40,800 bases of DNA from NCBI GenBank assembly GCA_964014165.1, contig CAXGZM010000002.1:1-40800 (forward strand). The letters are read 5' to 3'. The translations under genes were made by a program, and so were the position numbers. This document shows positions 1 through 7,142 of the stretch, piece by piece. Under the pieces are notes generated by a model. It searched no databases and was not told the origin of the DNA. It saw nothing but the letters and a program-made list of their open reading frames with translations. The first letter of the stretch is position 1; each line of letters opens with the position of its first letter. The DNA is from an uncultured euryarchaeote. Lineage in GTDB: Archaea > Thermoplasmatota > Poseidoniia > Poseidoniales > Poseidoniaceae.

Positions 1-601
1 CGTCGAGGGGCCAAACGTCAGCGCCGTGAACCGTGGCGTTCCATTCGAAAATCGTGCCCTCGTCCGACGGGTCACTGGCACCGTCGCCGTCGGTGTCAAG
101 GCAACCGTTGCGATCACGGAAGGACGTACCGAAATCCCACGGGCAGTAATCGCCGTGCAGGGTGTCCGTGTCGTTATCACCGTAGCCGTCACCGTCGTAG
201 TCAGCGTATTGCGAAGCAAGGTAGGGGAAGAGATCGCCCGGTCCGGCGTTCGGGTCAAAGACGGGAACGGAACAGCAGTCCACGCCGTGATTATCACCAA
301 ACCCGTCGCCGTCGGTGTCAAGTGCCTGCTTCCAATTTCCTTTGAACACATCACCGTCAAAGTACGAAGCGTCGTTGTCCGACCAACCGTCTTGGTCCAG
401 GTCTTCGCAACCAAAGCGGTCAATCCACGAGGTCCCGCCCTCATCGTCACACCCATCAATGGTGTCCCTGTAGCCGTCGGTATCGAAATCATCGCAGCCT
501 TGGAAGATGAACGACGAGACGCCGTGGTCGGTCGGACAAGCGTCGGGCAGCGGTCCCAGCGGGTTGTCGCCGAAGTTGTCGCCGTCGCTGTTCATCCACT
601 G
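1..601 (-). repeat. Thrombospondin-type-3-like (DxDxDGxGD / GCxDxDxDG) calcium-binding repeats at the C-terminal end of the partial surface protein
   Basis: Minus-strand translation gives QWMNSDGDNFGDN, FDTDGYRD, RFGCEDLDQDGWSDN, ALDTDGDGFGDN, DYDGDGYGDN and RNGCLDTDGDGASDP. This is the same repeat flavour as in the 838-aa protein at 7135..9651. Confidence 0.6.
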
Positions 602-3600
602 GTCGCCAACGGTTGGCATGCCATCGATTTGGTCAAAGACGAGGTCGCGGTCTGCGTCGCTGTAGAGGCGGAGCATGATGGCATCGTCGTTCACTTCGTC
701 CCAATACGCCATGTGCACCGTTCCGTTGGTGTCCGCCTTGGCATGAACGCGATGGTTGGCAATGATATCACCAAACGAAACCGACATCCACGGGTTGGAC
801 GCATCGTAGGTGCCGTTGAGTTCAACGCTGTTGAAGACGAGATGGTTGGTGGCTGGGTCGCTGGTCATCAAGATCAGATGGTCGCCGGTGTGAAGGACAT
901 CCCATGCGCCGTCAACCGCTGCAGCGGGCCGTTCTGCGAGCGTGACCCAAGCGCCCGTTTGATTCAATCCGAGGACGGAGGAAATGGCGTTGGCTCGCAC
1001 AGCGAGAACGGGCGAGGCACCGCCCTCAAGGTCCAAGCGGTATTCGTTGGTCGTCCCGATGGGCTGCGGGACGGTGTGCTCAACCCACGCGTGCGTACCG
1101 GGCCACTGCTCGAAGACACGCAGCGTGCCATCGGTGGTCAACGAAGCCACCATCAACGAACCGTTGTCGAGGAGGGCCAAGCCCAGCTCGCTTGTCAGTT
1201 CACTGTGATTGGCGACGGTGTGCTTGGAGAGGGTTGACCCGTCGTGTACCCACACCTCCAGGTTCGTGGCTGAACCGTTGGAGGCGATCAGGCCGGTCGC
1301 CAGTGAATCGTTGGCGAGCACGAGGGTGGGGTGCTGAGAAGAGAGCGCGTCGCCTGGTGCTCCAAGGGCGGTCAGGGTCCAACTCGCACCGCCAACGGCC
1401 ATCTCAAGTTGGTTGTTGCCGGCGTGCCGGTAAACCAGATGGGGCGTGTTGAGGCTGTCCACGTTGACTTCGATGGCTTGGGTGAGGTCGGCTTGGGTCC
1501 GCACCAACTCGGTTGACCAACCGGTTGAGGATTGCGTGGCTGCGAAGATTTGGTTGCCGAGACCTGAGGTGTAAGCAAGCACTTGCTTGTTGTCATGCGT
1601 GGTGGTTGATCCCAACCACTGACCCATGGTGCCCGTCGTTGCAACCGCCTGTTCCAGGGCCGTCATGGACGACGTGGAAGCCAGCATCATGGACGACGTG
1701 TTCTCCACGACGACCACGGGTTGGCCGGAGGACCGCACGTCAAAGGCAACACCCAGGTGGCTGGCGTTGAGGCTGACCAGCGCCTGGTCAACCCACTGCC
1801 CCCCTGGGGTCCCGTCGTTCATGTGCTCGAGTTTGGAGACGTGCAGTCGCAACGCATCGGCGTGGCTGTAGACGATGCTCGTCTCCCCGCGCCCGGCCGT
1901 ACCGAGGTGAATATCGTTGACGGCCCCTTGGCGTTCAAAGGAAATGGACTCCCAATCTTGTTCGCTGACCATCAGGTAGGTCAAGCCGTATTCAACGCCA
2001 CGTTCTCCGGAGCGCATCGAAAAGAACAGGTCGCTCAACCCGTCCCCGTTGACATCGCCGCCGGCAGCCAATCGGAAACCGAGATGTTCGCTGGTGTTCC
2101 CTTCTGCCAGCAACTGCCGGTCGGAACTGATGCCCGTGGCAGAACCAAGGAAAATCTCGACTCGTCCGGCAGCGTTCCCCATTCGACTGGAGATGTAGAC
2201 GTCGTCGTAGCCGTCCTCGTTGATGTCACCTGCAGCTGCCATCGCTTCGCCAATGCGGCTGTTGGGCGGCGGCCAATACTGCCAGTCGGCGCCACCTGAA
2301 AGCTGCCCGCTGGTGCCCTCGAAGAGCCAGAGCGCTCCGGCGCCGAAGGCTCCGGACGTGGAATTGAACGGCTCTGAGATGATGTGCTCGTCGTAGCCGT
2401 CTCCGTCAAGATCGCCCACGCACGCGATGTTGTGGCCGAACAATTTACCCTGAACGATTTGGGCAAGGGTGTGGTCAGCCGTCCCGTTGTAGCCCGATGA
2501 CGACCCGTAGTAGTACTCCACGGAGGAGTAGGTCGCAGGGGAACTGTAAGAGCCCGTGTTGCCAACAATGAGTTCGTCGTGACCGTCGTTGTTGACATCG
2601 CAGCCTTCCAACGAACGGCCGAACAACCCGCCATCTTTGGTTTGCGTCAAATTTCGAGCGGGGAACAGACCGCTTTCGTTTCCGCTGTAAAGGTTCACTT
2701 TCCCGGAATCCGTTTGGCTTGAACTCACTTCAACGGTGAAATTTCGGGCCGTGATGGCGAGGCTGGCGCCGCTTCCGGTGTGGTGGAGAGCGGCGATGGC
2801 ACTCCCGAGGGATTCGTTGGCCATCCCGGTCAAATTGACCCATGGCGAGGGCGACAGCCCTGAGGCATTCCCAAGGTGGACGTGGACGAGGCCGTGCCGT
2901 GCTTCGGCGTCGTCGGCCGGCGCCCAACCGGGTGAACCGACGGCAAGGTCAACGATACCATCGTTGTTGAAATCCCCTGCGTCCATGCCGGCGCCGTAGT
3001 GTGCACCGTCGGAGGCTCCAGCCAAAATCACGTCGGGGAGGTCCGGGAGACCGGTCGCTGACCCGTAGTAAACGGTGACTCGACCGTTGTCGGTCATGGA
3101 CACGACGTCGGCTTCGGGGGTTGAGACGACCAGGTCATCAAACCCGTCGTCGTTGAAGTCGCCCAGCAACATCAGTCCCTCGCCTTCGTCGTCTTCGCCC
3201 TCAACGGCCGTGGACGGCACCGGGTTGACTCGACCCGTATCTTGGCCTGCGAGTGATCGGATGAGGTTGATGGAAAAGCTTGCATCGCTCTGGGTTGCGG
3301 TGGCGACCTGCTCGATGTTGTTGGCATCGAGATCCATGCCCAGCACGTCAGCAAGGTCGTCGTCTTGAAGCAAGAGGCGGCGGTCGTGGTCCGTGCCGTC
3401 GATGCGAAGAAGAACAACCTCACCGGTGGCTGTTTTTGTGTAGAGCACATGGGCGACACCGTCGGCATCGATTTGGAGTTCAAAATTCTCTCCGACGGGG
3501 CCTGCTTCCAACAGGTAGTCGGTCCAGTATGCTCCGCTGAAATTGACTTGATGAAGCGCCCCGCTCGCCGTCCGCATCAAGCCCCATTCAAGACCGTCGG

Positions 3601-4225
3601 GGGTGATGTCAAGAGCGAGGTGGGTCGGCGACACGTCTTCCATGATGGTGCGGGTGTGCCACCGTGGCCCTTCGAAGTACGTTGCGCTCTCCAACGCATA
3701 CCTTCCCATCTTCAGATCGTCGCCGTCAGCGTACAGGACGCGAGGGAGTTCGTTGGGAGTCACGCCAAGTGCACAATTCACCAAGTCCGAGGCATTTGAA
3801 GTGGCGACGGTGTCCACAAGGCTGGTGGTCCAAACGCCGGTTGGGCGGTACACTGCGGTGCGAACGGTGCCCTCCTGTGTGCTCCAACAGAAGTGGGCTT
3901 TGTCGTGGCGTGTGAGTTTCATGTCGGGCGTGCCGTGGTGCTCTCCGAAGGAAACGTTCAGCATCTCCGTCTGCCAGACATCAAGCATGGATTCTTCCCG
4001 CACGGTGGCCTGAACCAAACCGTCGGCATCGATGAGGGAACCTGCCAGGTCGTGACCGTACCCTGATGCCTGTGTAAACGGGCCGCTGAAGGCGAGGTTC
4101 TCGCGTTCGTCCAGTGACGACCTCTCAACTGGATTCATGAGAAGCGGGGAGAGGAGCGCCAGAAGAAAAAGCACGACAAGGCCAACGCTCTTCGCTTCTT
4201 TCCTCAGAAAATCGTTCGCCGCCAT
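1..4225 (-). CDS. Large exported protein. The 5' end is complete and the 3' end runs off the window. It has an N-terminal signal-anchor, an FG-GAP/VCBS (integrin-alpha-like) propeller repeat region and C-terminal thrombospondin-type-3-like Ca-binding repeats.
   Basis: This gene is missing from the ORF track because it has no in-window stop. Hand translation of the minus strand from the ATG at 4225-4223 (MAANDFLRKEAKSVGLVVLFLLALLSPLL...) stays open to base 1 (4225 = 3x1408+1). Every listed minus-strand ORF in 1..4225 is in another frame. Motifs seen: GDFNDDGFDDLVV, GDFNNDGIVDLAV, CDVNNDGHDELIV, GDLDGDGYDEHII, GDINEDGYDDVYI, GDVNGDGLSDLFF, and near the window edge LDTDGDGFGDN, YDGDGYGDN, CLDTDGDGASDP. 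Confidence 0.8.
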   Translation of the reverse strand, partial: MAANDFLRKEAKSVGLVVLFLLALLSPLLMNPVERSSLDERENLAFSGPFTQASGYGHDLAGSLIDADGLVQATVREESMLDVWQTEMLNVSFGEHHGTPDMKLTRHDKAHFCWSTQEGTVRTAVYRPTGVWTTSLVDTVATSNASDLVNCALGVTPNELPRVLYADGDDLKMGRYALESATYFEGPRWHTRTIMEDVSPTHLALDITPDGLEWGLMRTASGALHQVNFSGAYWTDYLLEAGPVGENFELQIDADGVAHVLYTKTATGEVVLLRIDGTDHDRRLLLQDDDLADVLGMDLDANNIEQVATATQSDASFSINLIRSLAGQDTGRVNPVPSTAVEGEDDEGEGLMLLGDFNDDGFDDLVVSTPEADVVSMTDNGRVTVYYGSATGLPDLPDVILAGASDGAHYGAGMDAGDFNNDGIVDLAVGSPGWAPADDAEARHGLVHVHLGNASGLSPSPWVNLTGMANESLGSAIAALHHTGSGASLAITARNFTVEVSSSQTDSGKVNLYSGNESGLFPARNLTQTKDGGLFGRSLEGCDVNNDGHDELIVGNTGSYSSPATYSSVEYYYGSSSGYNGTADHTLAQIVQGKLFGHNIACVGDLDGDGYDEHIISEPFNSTSGAFGAGALWLFEGTSGQLSGGADWQYWPPPNSRIGEAMAAAGDINEDGYDDVYISSRMGNAAGRVEIFLGSATGISSDRQLLAEGNTSEHLGFRLAAGGDVNGDGLSDLFFSMRSGERGVEYGLTYLMVSEQDWESISFERQGAVNDIHLGTAGRGETSIVYSHADALRLHVSKLEHMNDGTPGGQWVDQALVSLNASHLGVAFDVRSSGQPVVVVENTSSMMLASTSSMTALEQAVATTGTMGQWLGSTTTHDNKQVLAYTSGLGNQIFAATQSSTGWSTELVRTQADLTQAIEVNVDSLNTPHLVYRHAGNNQLEMAVGGASWTLTALGAPGDALSSQHPTLVLANDSLATGLIASNGSATNLEVWVHDGSTLSKHTVANHSELTSELGLALLDNGSLMVASLTTDGTLRVFEQWPGTHAWVEHTVPQPIGTTNEYRLDLEGGASPVLAVRANAISSVLGLNQTGAWVTLAERPAAAVDGAWDVLHTGDHLILMTSDPATNHLVFNSVELNGTYDASNPWMSVSFGDIIANHRVHAKADTNGTVHMAYWDEVNDDAIMLRLYSDADRDLVFDQIDGMPTVGDQWMNSDGDNFGDNPLGPLPDACPTDHGVSSFIFQGCDDFDTDGYRDTIDGCDDEGGTSWIDRFGCEDLDQDGWSDNDASYFDGDVFKGNWKQALDTDGDGFGDNHGVDCCSVPVFDPNAGPGDLFPYLASQYADYDGDGYGDNDTDTLHGDYCPWDFGTSFRDRNGCLDTDGDGASDPSDEGTIFEWNATVHGADVWPLD
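2027..3165 (-). repeat. FG-GAP-type repeat array: six Dx[ND]xDGxxD loops, probably a 7-bladed propeller with one degenerate blade
   Basis: Six evenly spaced [GC]D[FVLI][ND]x[DN]G[FIHYL]x[DE] hydrophobic motifs in the hand translation. The first is encoded at 3127..3165 and the last at 2027..2062. Confidence 0.6.
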
Positions 4226-4246
4226 ACGGTAAGCACAGCCGGCGAC

Positions 4247-4256
4247 CTTGAAAATC
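4247..4256 (-). promoter_or_regulatory. Weak TATA-like element (GATTTTCAAG on the minus strand), 21 nt upstream of the ATG at 4225
   Basis: This is the only A/T-rich 10-mer in the right position. It has the same spacing class as 12 other first-gene starts in the window. Confidence 0.3.
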
Positions 4257-4272
4257 ATTGTTCACTTCTGCC

Positions 4273-4291
4273 TGACCCCCGTAGGGGGTCA
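4273..4291. repeat. Perfect GC-rich palindrome TGACCCCC-GTA-GGGGGTCA (8-bp arms, 3-nt centre) in a divergent intergenic region
   Basis: Read directly from the sequence. It lies 47 nt upstream of the minus-strand ATG at 4225 and 57 nt upstream of the plus-strand ATG at 4349. A related palindrome sits at 9683..9697. Confidence 0.7.
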
Positions 4292-4316
4292 ACGGTGATT
4301 TGCTGCATCAACCGCT

Positions 4317-4326
4317 GATTTGAGAA
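4317..4326 (+). promoter_or_regulatory. Weak TATA-like element (GATTTGAGAA), 22 nt upstream of the ATG at 4349
   Basis: Called on position and motif similarity (TTTGA core) to other first-gene promoters in the window. Confidence 0.3.
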
Positions 4327-4348
4327 GGAAGCCCGCTCACGCACACGC

Positions 4349-5014
4349 ATGGGCGAGCAACGCATCGGTGTCGTGGTGGCGTGCGGGCGATGGCCCTCCA
4401 TCGGCACGGTCCGGAGACTCATCGACAGGGCCGACCTCGTGATCGCTTGCGACGGCGCATTGACCCTGTGCGAGGACAACGGCATTCACGTCGATGTGGT
4501 CGTGGGGGACATGGACAGCGTCGAACAGCACCGCCTCGACGCCTACCTTGAGCGGGGTGGCACGCAAATCAAGCGCCCGGATCAACACACCAACGACCTG
4601 GCCAAGGCCCTCGTTTATCTCGAAGAGCGAGGTCTTGAGGCGTGCACCGTCTTGGGCGCCACGGGCGGCGATCGCCAGCACGAATGGGCCAACCTGCTGT
4701 CGTGTGCGGCCTCTTCCCTTGAGATTACGTGTGTCGGGACGGCGCACCGTTATGAATTTCTCAAAACAGGAAAAAAATACGCTATAGAACTTGTTCCTGA
4801 AGAGGAGTTTTCTCTTTTTGCACTCCCGGCTGCTTTCAACATTCAACTGAAGGGAGCGGCCTTCCCTCTCGACGATGCGACGCTGGAAATGGGCTCTCGG
4901 GGATTGCACAACGCCGCCGTTCAAGACACCGTTGAAATCTCGTTCAGCGAGGGTCGCTTGATGTTGATGAGGCCGCATCCGAGCGAGCCGGTGGAAGGAA
5001 GGAACGAAGCATAG
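4349..5014 (+). CDS. Thiamine pyrophosphokinase (TPK family)
   Basis: 221 aa. It has the VVVGDMDS (GDxDS) motif and RPDQHTNDLAKAL (DQDxTD-like), and the length is typical of TPK. Confidence 0.7.
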   Translation: MGEQRIGVVVACGRWPSIGTVRRLIDRADLVIACDGALTLCEDNGIHVDVVVGDMDSVEQHRLDAYLERGGTQIKRPDQHTNDLAKALVYLEERGLEACTVLGATGGDRQHEWANLLSCAASSLEITCVGTAHRYEFLKTGKKYAIELVPEEEFSLFALPAAFNIQLKGAAFPLDDATLEMGSRGLHNAAVQDTVEISFSEGRLMLMRPHPSEPVEGRNEA

Positions 5015-5840
5015 CGGAGTAGTCCTCTTCGCCATCCCAGTCTTGCGCTTTTTCATCGATTCGCGCTTTGCGCAGGGTCTCCTCAAACCCCCCCCAATCC
5101 TCGATGAGTTGGAGTTTGTACGCGGCTCTGGGCGTGTACCCTGGCAGGAAATTGCGCCACAAGAACGGGATTCTTCCCGGGGTGACCTGATTGACGATTT
5201 GCACGATGGACGTGTTGCAGGTGGTCAGGAGCGAGTGGTACCACTCGGGATTGACAGCAAGGTCGTTGAGTTTCTCGATCATGGCAAACAAGAGCTCCTT
5301 GTTTTTTTCCGGGGGCGTGTTGGCGCGAAACATGTAATCTCTGTTGCGCCGGCCGTGCGTCCTCAACCCGGTGACGTCGCGCTCAAGGCCGACCAGCAAG
5401 TAGAGTTCGTAAGCTCGCCACAGACCGTCCCACGGGTGGTAGCGTTCGCCCTTCTCACGTCGTGATTCAAAAGAAAAAGAAAGGCAGGTTCCGCTCCCGA
5501 ATTCAAAGGTCAGGTAGGTGTGGGCCATCCCTTTGATGGAATGGAAATGATCCACGATGAACCAGACATCCTTGAGGTCCTCAGCGTCCACGTGAACTTC
5601 ATCAATCCAATCCTCGTCGCGATCCCTTGTGGTACGCCATGTAAAATTGCGGACCATCTGAAAGGTGATGGAGGAACCGTCAACGTTGGCGGTTGTCAGG
5701 TGTTCGCAATCGGCAGCCCATACGAGGTCAAGGGAGGGCTGGAGCGGTCGAATGCGAGTGTTCCACACATAGATCAAACGCAGCACGACAAGGCCGGTCA
5801 CCGCTCCGACGACCGTCAACAAGGCTTGCGTGAAATCCAT
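4944..5840 (-). CDS. DUF4105-like membrane-anchored protein
   Basis: 298 aa with an N-terminal TM helix (ALLTVVGAVTGLVVLRLIYVW). The GMAHTYLTFEF ... YELYLLVGLERD ... WYHSLLTTCNTS pattern resembles the DUF4105 (Lnb N-terminal) family. Its ATG at 5840 directly follows the stop of the upstream gene (TGAATG). The family call is from memory of the motif pattern only. Confidence 0.55.
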   Translation of the reverse strand: MDFTQALLTVVGAVTGLVVLRLIYVWNTRIRPLQPSLDLVWAADCEHLTTANVDGSSITFQMVRNFTWRTTRDRDEDWIDEVHVDAEDLKDVWFIVDHFHSIKGMAHTYLTFEFGSGTCLSFSFESRREKGERYHPWDGLWRAYELYLLVGLERDVTGLRTHGRRNRDYMFRANTPPEKNKELLFAMIEKLNDLAVNPEWYHSLLTTCNTSIVQIVNQVTPGRIPFLWRNFLPGYTPRAAYKLQLIEDWGGFEETLRKARIDEKAQDWDGEEDYSAMLRSFLPPARSDAASSTSSDPR

Positions 5841-7142
5841 TCATTCCCACCTGTGCCAAATGTTCCACTCACGATCCCACCAGTCCACCGTGCCGTCCGG
5901 ATGTTGACGCCAAAGCACCCCTTGGTCGTCCAACGTTGTTGGGAGGCCTTCCGTGTCGGGCGAACCGTCCTCCAGGACTTGAGGGGTTGGACCCAACGAC
6001 GGCAGTTCCAGGGGTTCAGGTTCACGGTTCCGGACGAGGAGAAGGAACACGAAGATGGAAACGATCAGCGCAAGAACACCGATGGACATCCAGCCCACAG
6101 ACTCGGTCGCCGTTTCTGGGCCGAGCGAGGTCGAGGGAAGGGCGGCACGTTCCTCCGGGGAGAGCTCAAGGGTTGGAAGGCGAATCAAGTTGAGGGCTTC
6201 AACGGAGGTGATCTGCTTCTCGGTGGTCACCTCCAAGACGATGAGGTAAGCGCCAGCTGGAAGGTTGGAACAGTCCAGCACCGTGGAGTTCGCGCCCTCG
6301 ATCACCTCGCTCTTGATGCTCCACACCATGGTCAACCCGTCCAATGATCGTCCGTCTGTCAGCTCCATTCGAACGCTGCAAGGTGTTTCCGTGGTGTTGT
6401 CGTGGCCCGTGGCGATGAGGGTGAACGCTGGAGCGGGTCGATTCTCGATGGTGAAATTCAACGTGCTTTCCGCCGTTTGTCCGAGACCGTTGCGATAGGT
6501 TTCCTTCAGTTCATAATCGCCTGCAGGCCAGGAAGAACAATCCAGGGTGCTGTGGGAATCCAACACGCTGAAGGGGGCACCGGTGAATGTTCTCACGCCG
6601 GTTTCGCCGTAGCGAGGTCCCGTTTCGTCAGCAAAAGAGCGGCTGATTTCACACGCTTCGCCGGTTTGTAGCATCTCTCCTGCGTTGAGGGACAGTTGGA
6701 CGCGAGGAACCTGAAGGGCGGGGGTGAGCATGAACGTTGGAAGGGGGTAGGATGCGATGAACTCCCCGTTGGCGTCGAGGAAGTCAAGCCTCAGGTCGTG
6801 CTCACCTTTTGACCACGCATCGTAAACCACCGTGATGTTGGTCTGGCCCTGGAAGGTGACCTCCTGGGATTCCAGCACCTCTCGCTCTTTGTGCAGGCCT
6901 CGCAGTTTGACGATCAGTTCGTTGGATGCAGCCGTTGAGTTCAGGACCACAACGACACGAACGGCGTCAATATCACCGTCTTGATCGGTGTCGATGGTGT
7001 CGTTTCGCAACGCAAGAAGGGTGAGGCCCTCTGCAGCGAGGCGTTCTTCGGTTGTTTCATTTGCACTCACCGCCCCCAGCGGGAGAAGCAGGGAAGCCAT
7101 CATGACGGCCAGAACAACGGCACGCCACCGGGGGTCACGCAT
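5841..7142 (-). CDS. Hypothetical type I membrane protein: signal peptide, Ig-like/beta-rich ectodomain, one C-terminal TM helix and a Trp-rich cytoplasmic tail
   Basis: I prefer the ATG at 7142 over the track's GTG at 7151, because GGGGTGA lies 6 nt upstream of it. Signal-like N-terminus RWRAVVLAVMMASLLLPLGAVSA. TM helix WMSIGVLALIVSIFVFLLLV. The tail ends in LWRQHPDGTVDWWDREWNIWHRWE. It overlaps the upstream gene's stop by 8 nt. Confidence 0.7.
   Translation of the reverse strand: MRDPRWRAVVLAVMMASLLLPLGAVSANETTEERLAAEGLTLLALRNDTIDTDQDGDIDAVRVVVVLNSTAASNELIVKLRGLHKEREVLESQEVTFQGQTNITVVYDAWSKGEHDLRLDFLDANGEFIASYPLPTFMLTPALQVPRVQLSLNAGEMLQTGEACEISRSFADETGPRYGETGVRTFTGAPFSVLDSHSTLDCSSWPAGDYELKETYRNGLGQTAESTLNFTIENRPAPAFTLIATGHDNTTETPCSVRMELTDGRSLDGLTMVWSIKSEVIEGANSTVLDCSNLPAGAYLIVLEVTTEKQITSVEALNLIRLPTLELSPEERAALPSTSLGPETATESVGWMSIGVLALIVSIFVFLLLVRNREPEPLELPSLGPTPQVLEDGSPDTEGLPTTLDDQGVLWRQHPDGTVDWWDREWNIWHRWE

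Noticed and set aside
4226-4348. Possible TPP riboswitch or small RNA upstream of the thiamine pyrophosphokinase gene
   Set aside because: The spacer lacks the CUGAGA and ACCUGAUCUGGAUAAUGCCAGCG-type THI-box elements. Only a loose AACCGCTGATTTGAG resemblance exists, and 123 nt with a divergent promoter leaves too little room. No tRNA-like T-loop is present either.
4808-4823. TTTTCTCTTTTT tract inside the TPK gene as a premature terminator or attenuator
   Set aside because: It simply encodes EEFSLFAL in a locally A/T-rich part of the gene. Similar T/A runs occur inside other genes (e.g. 5461..5490), so sequence alone gives no support.
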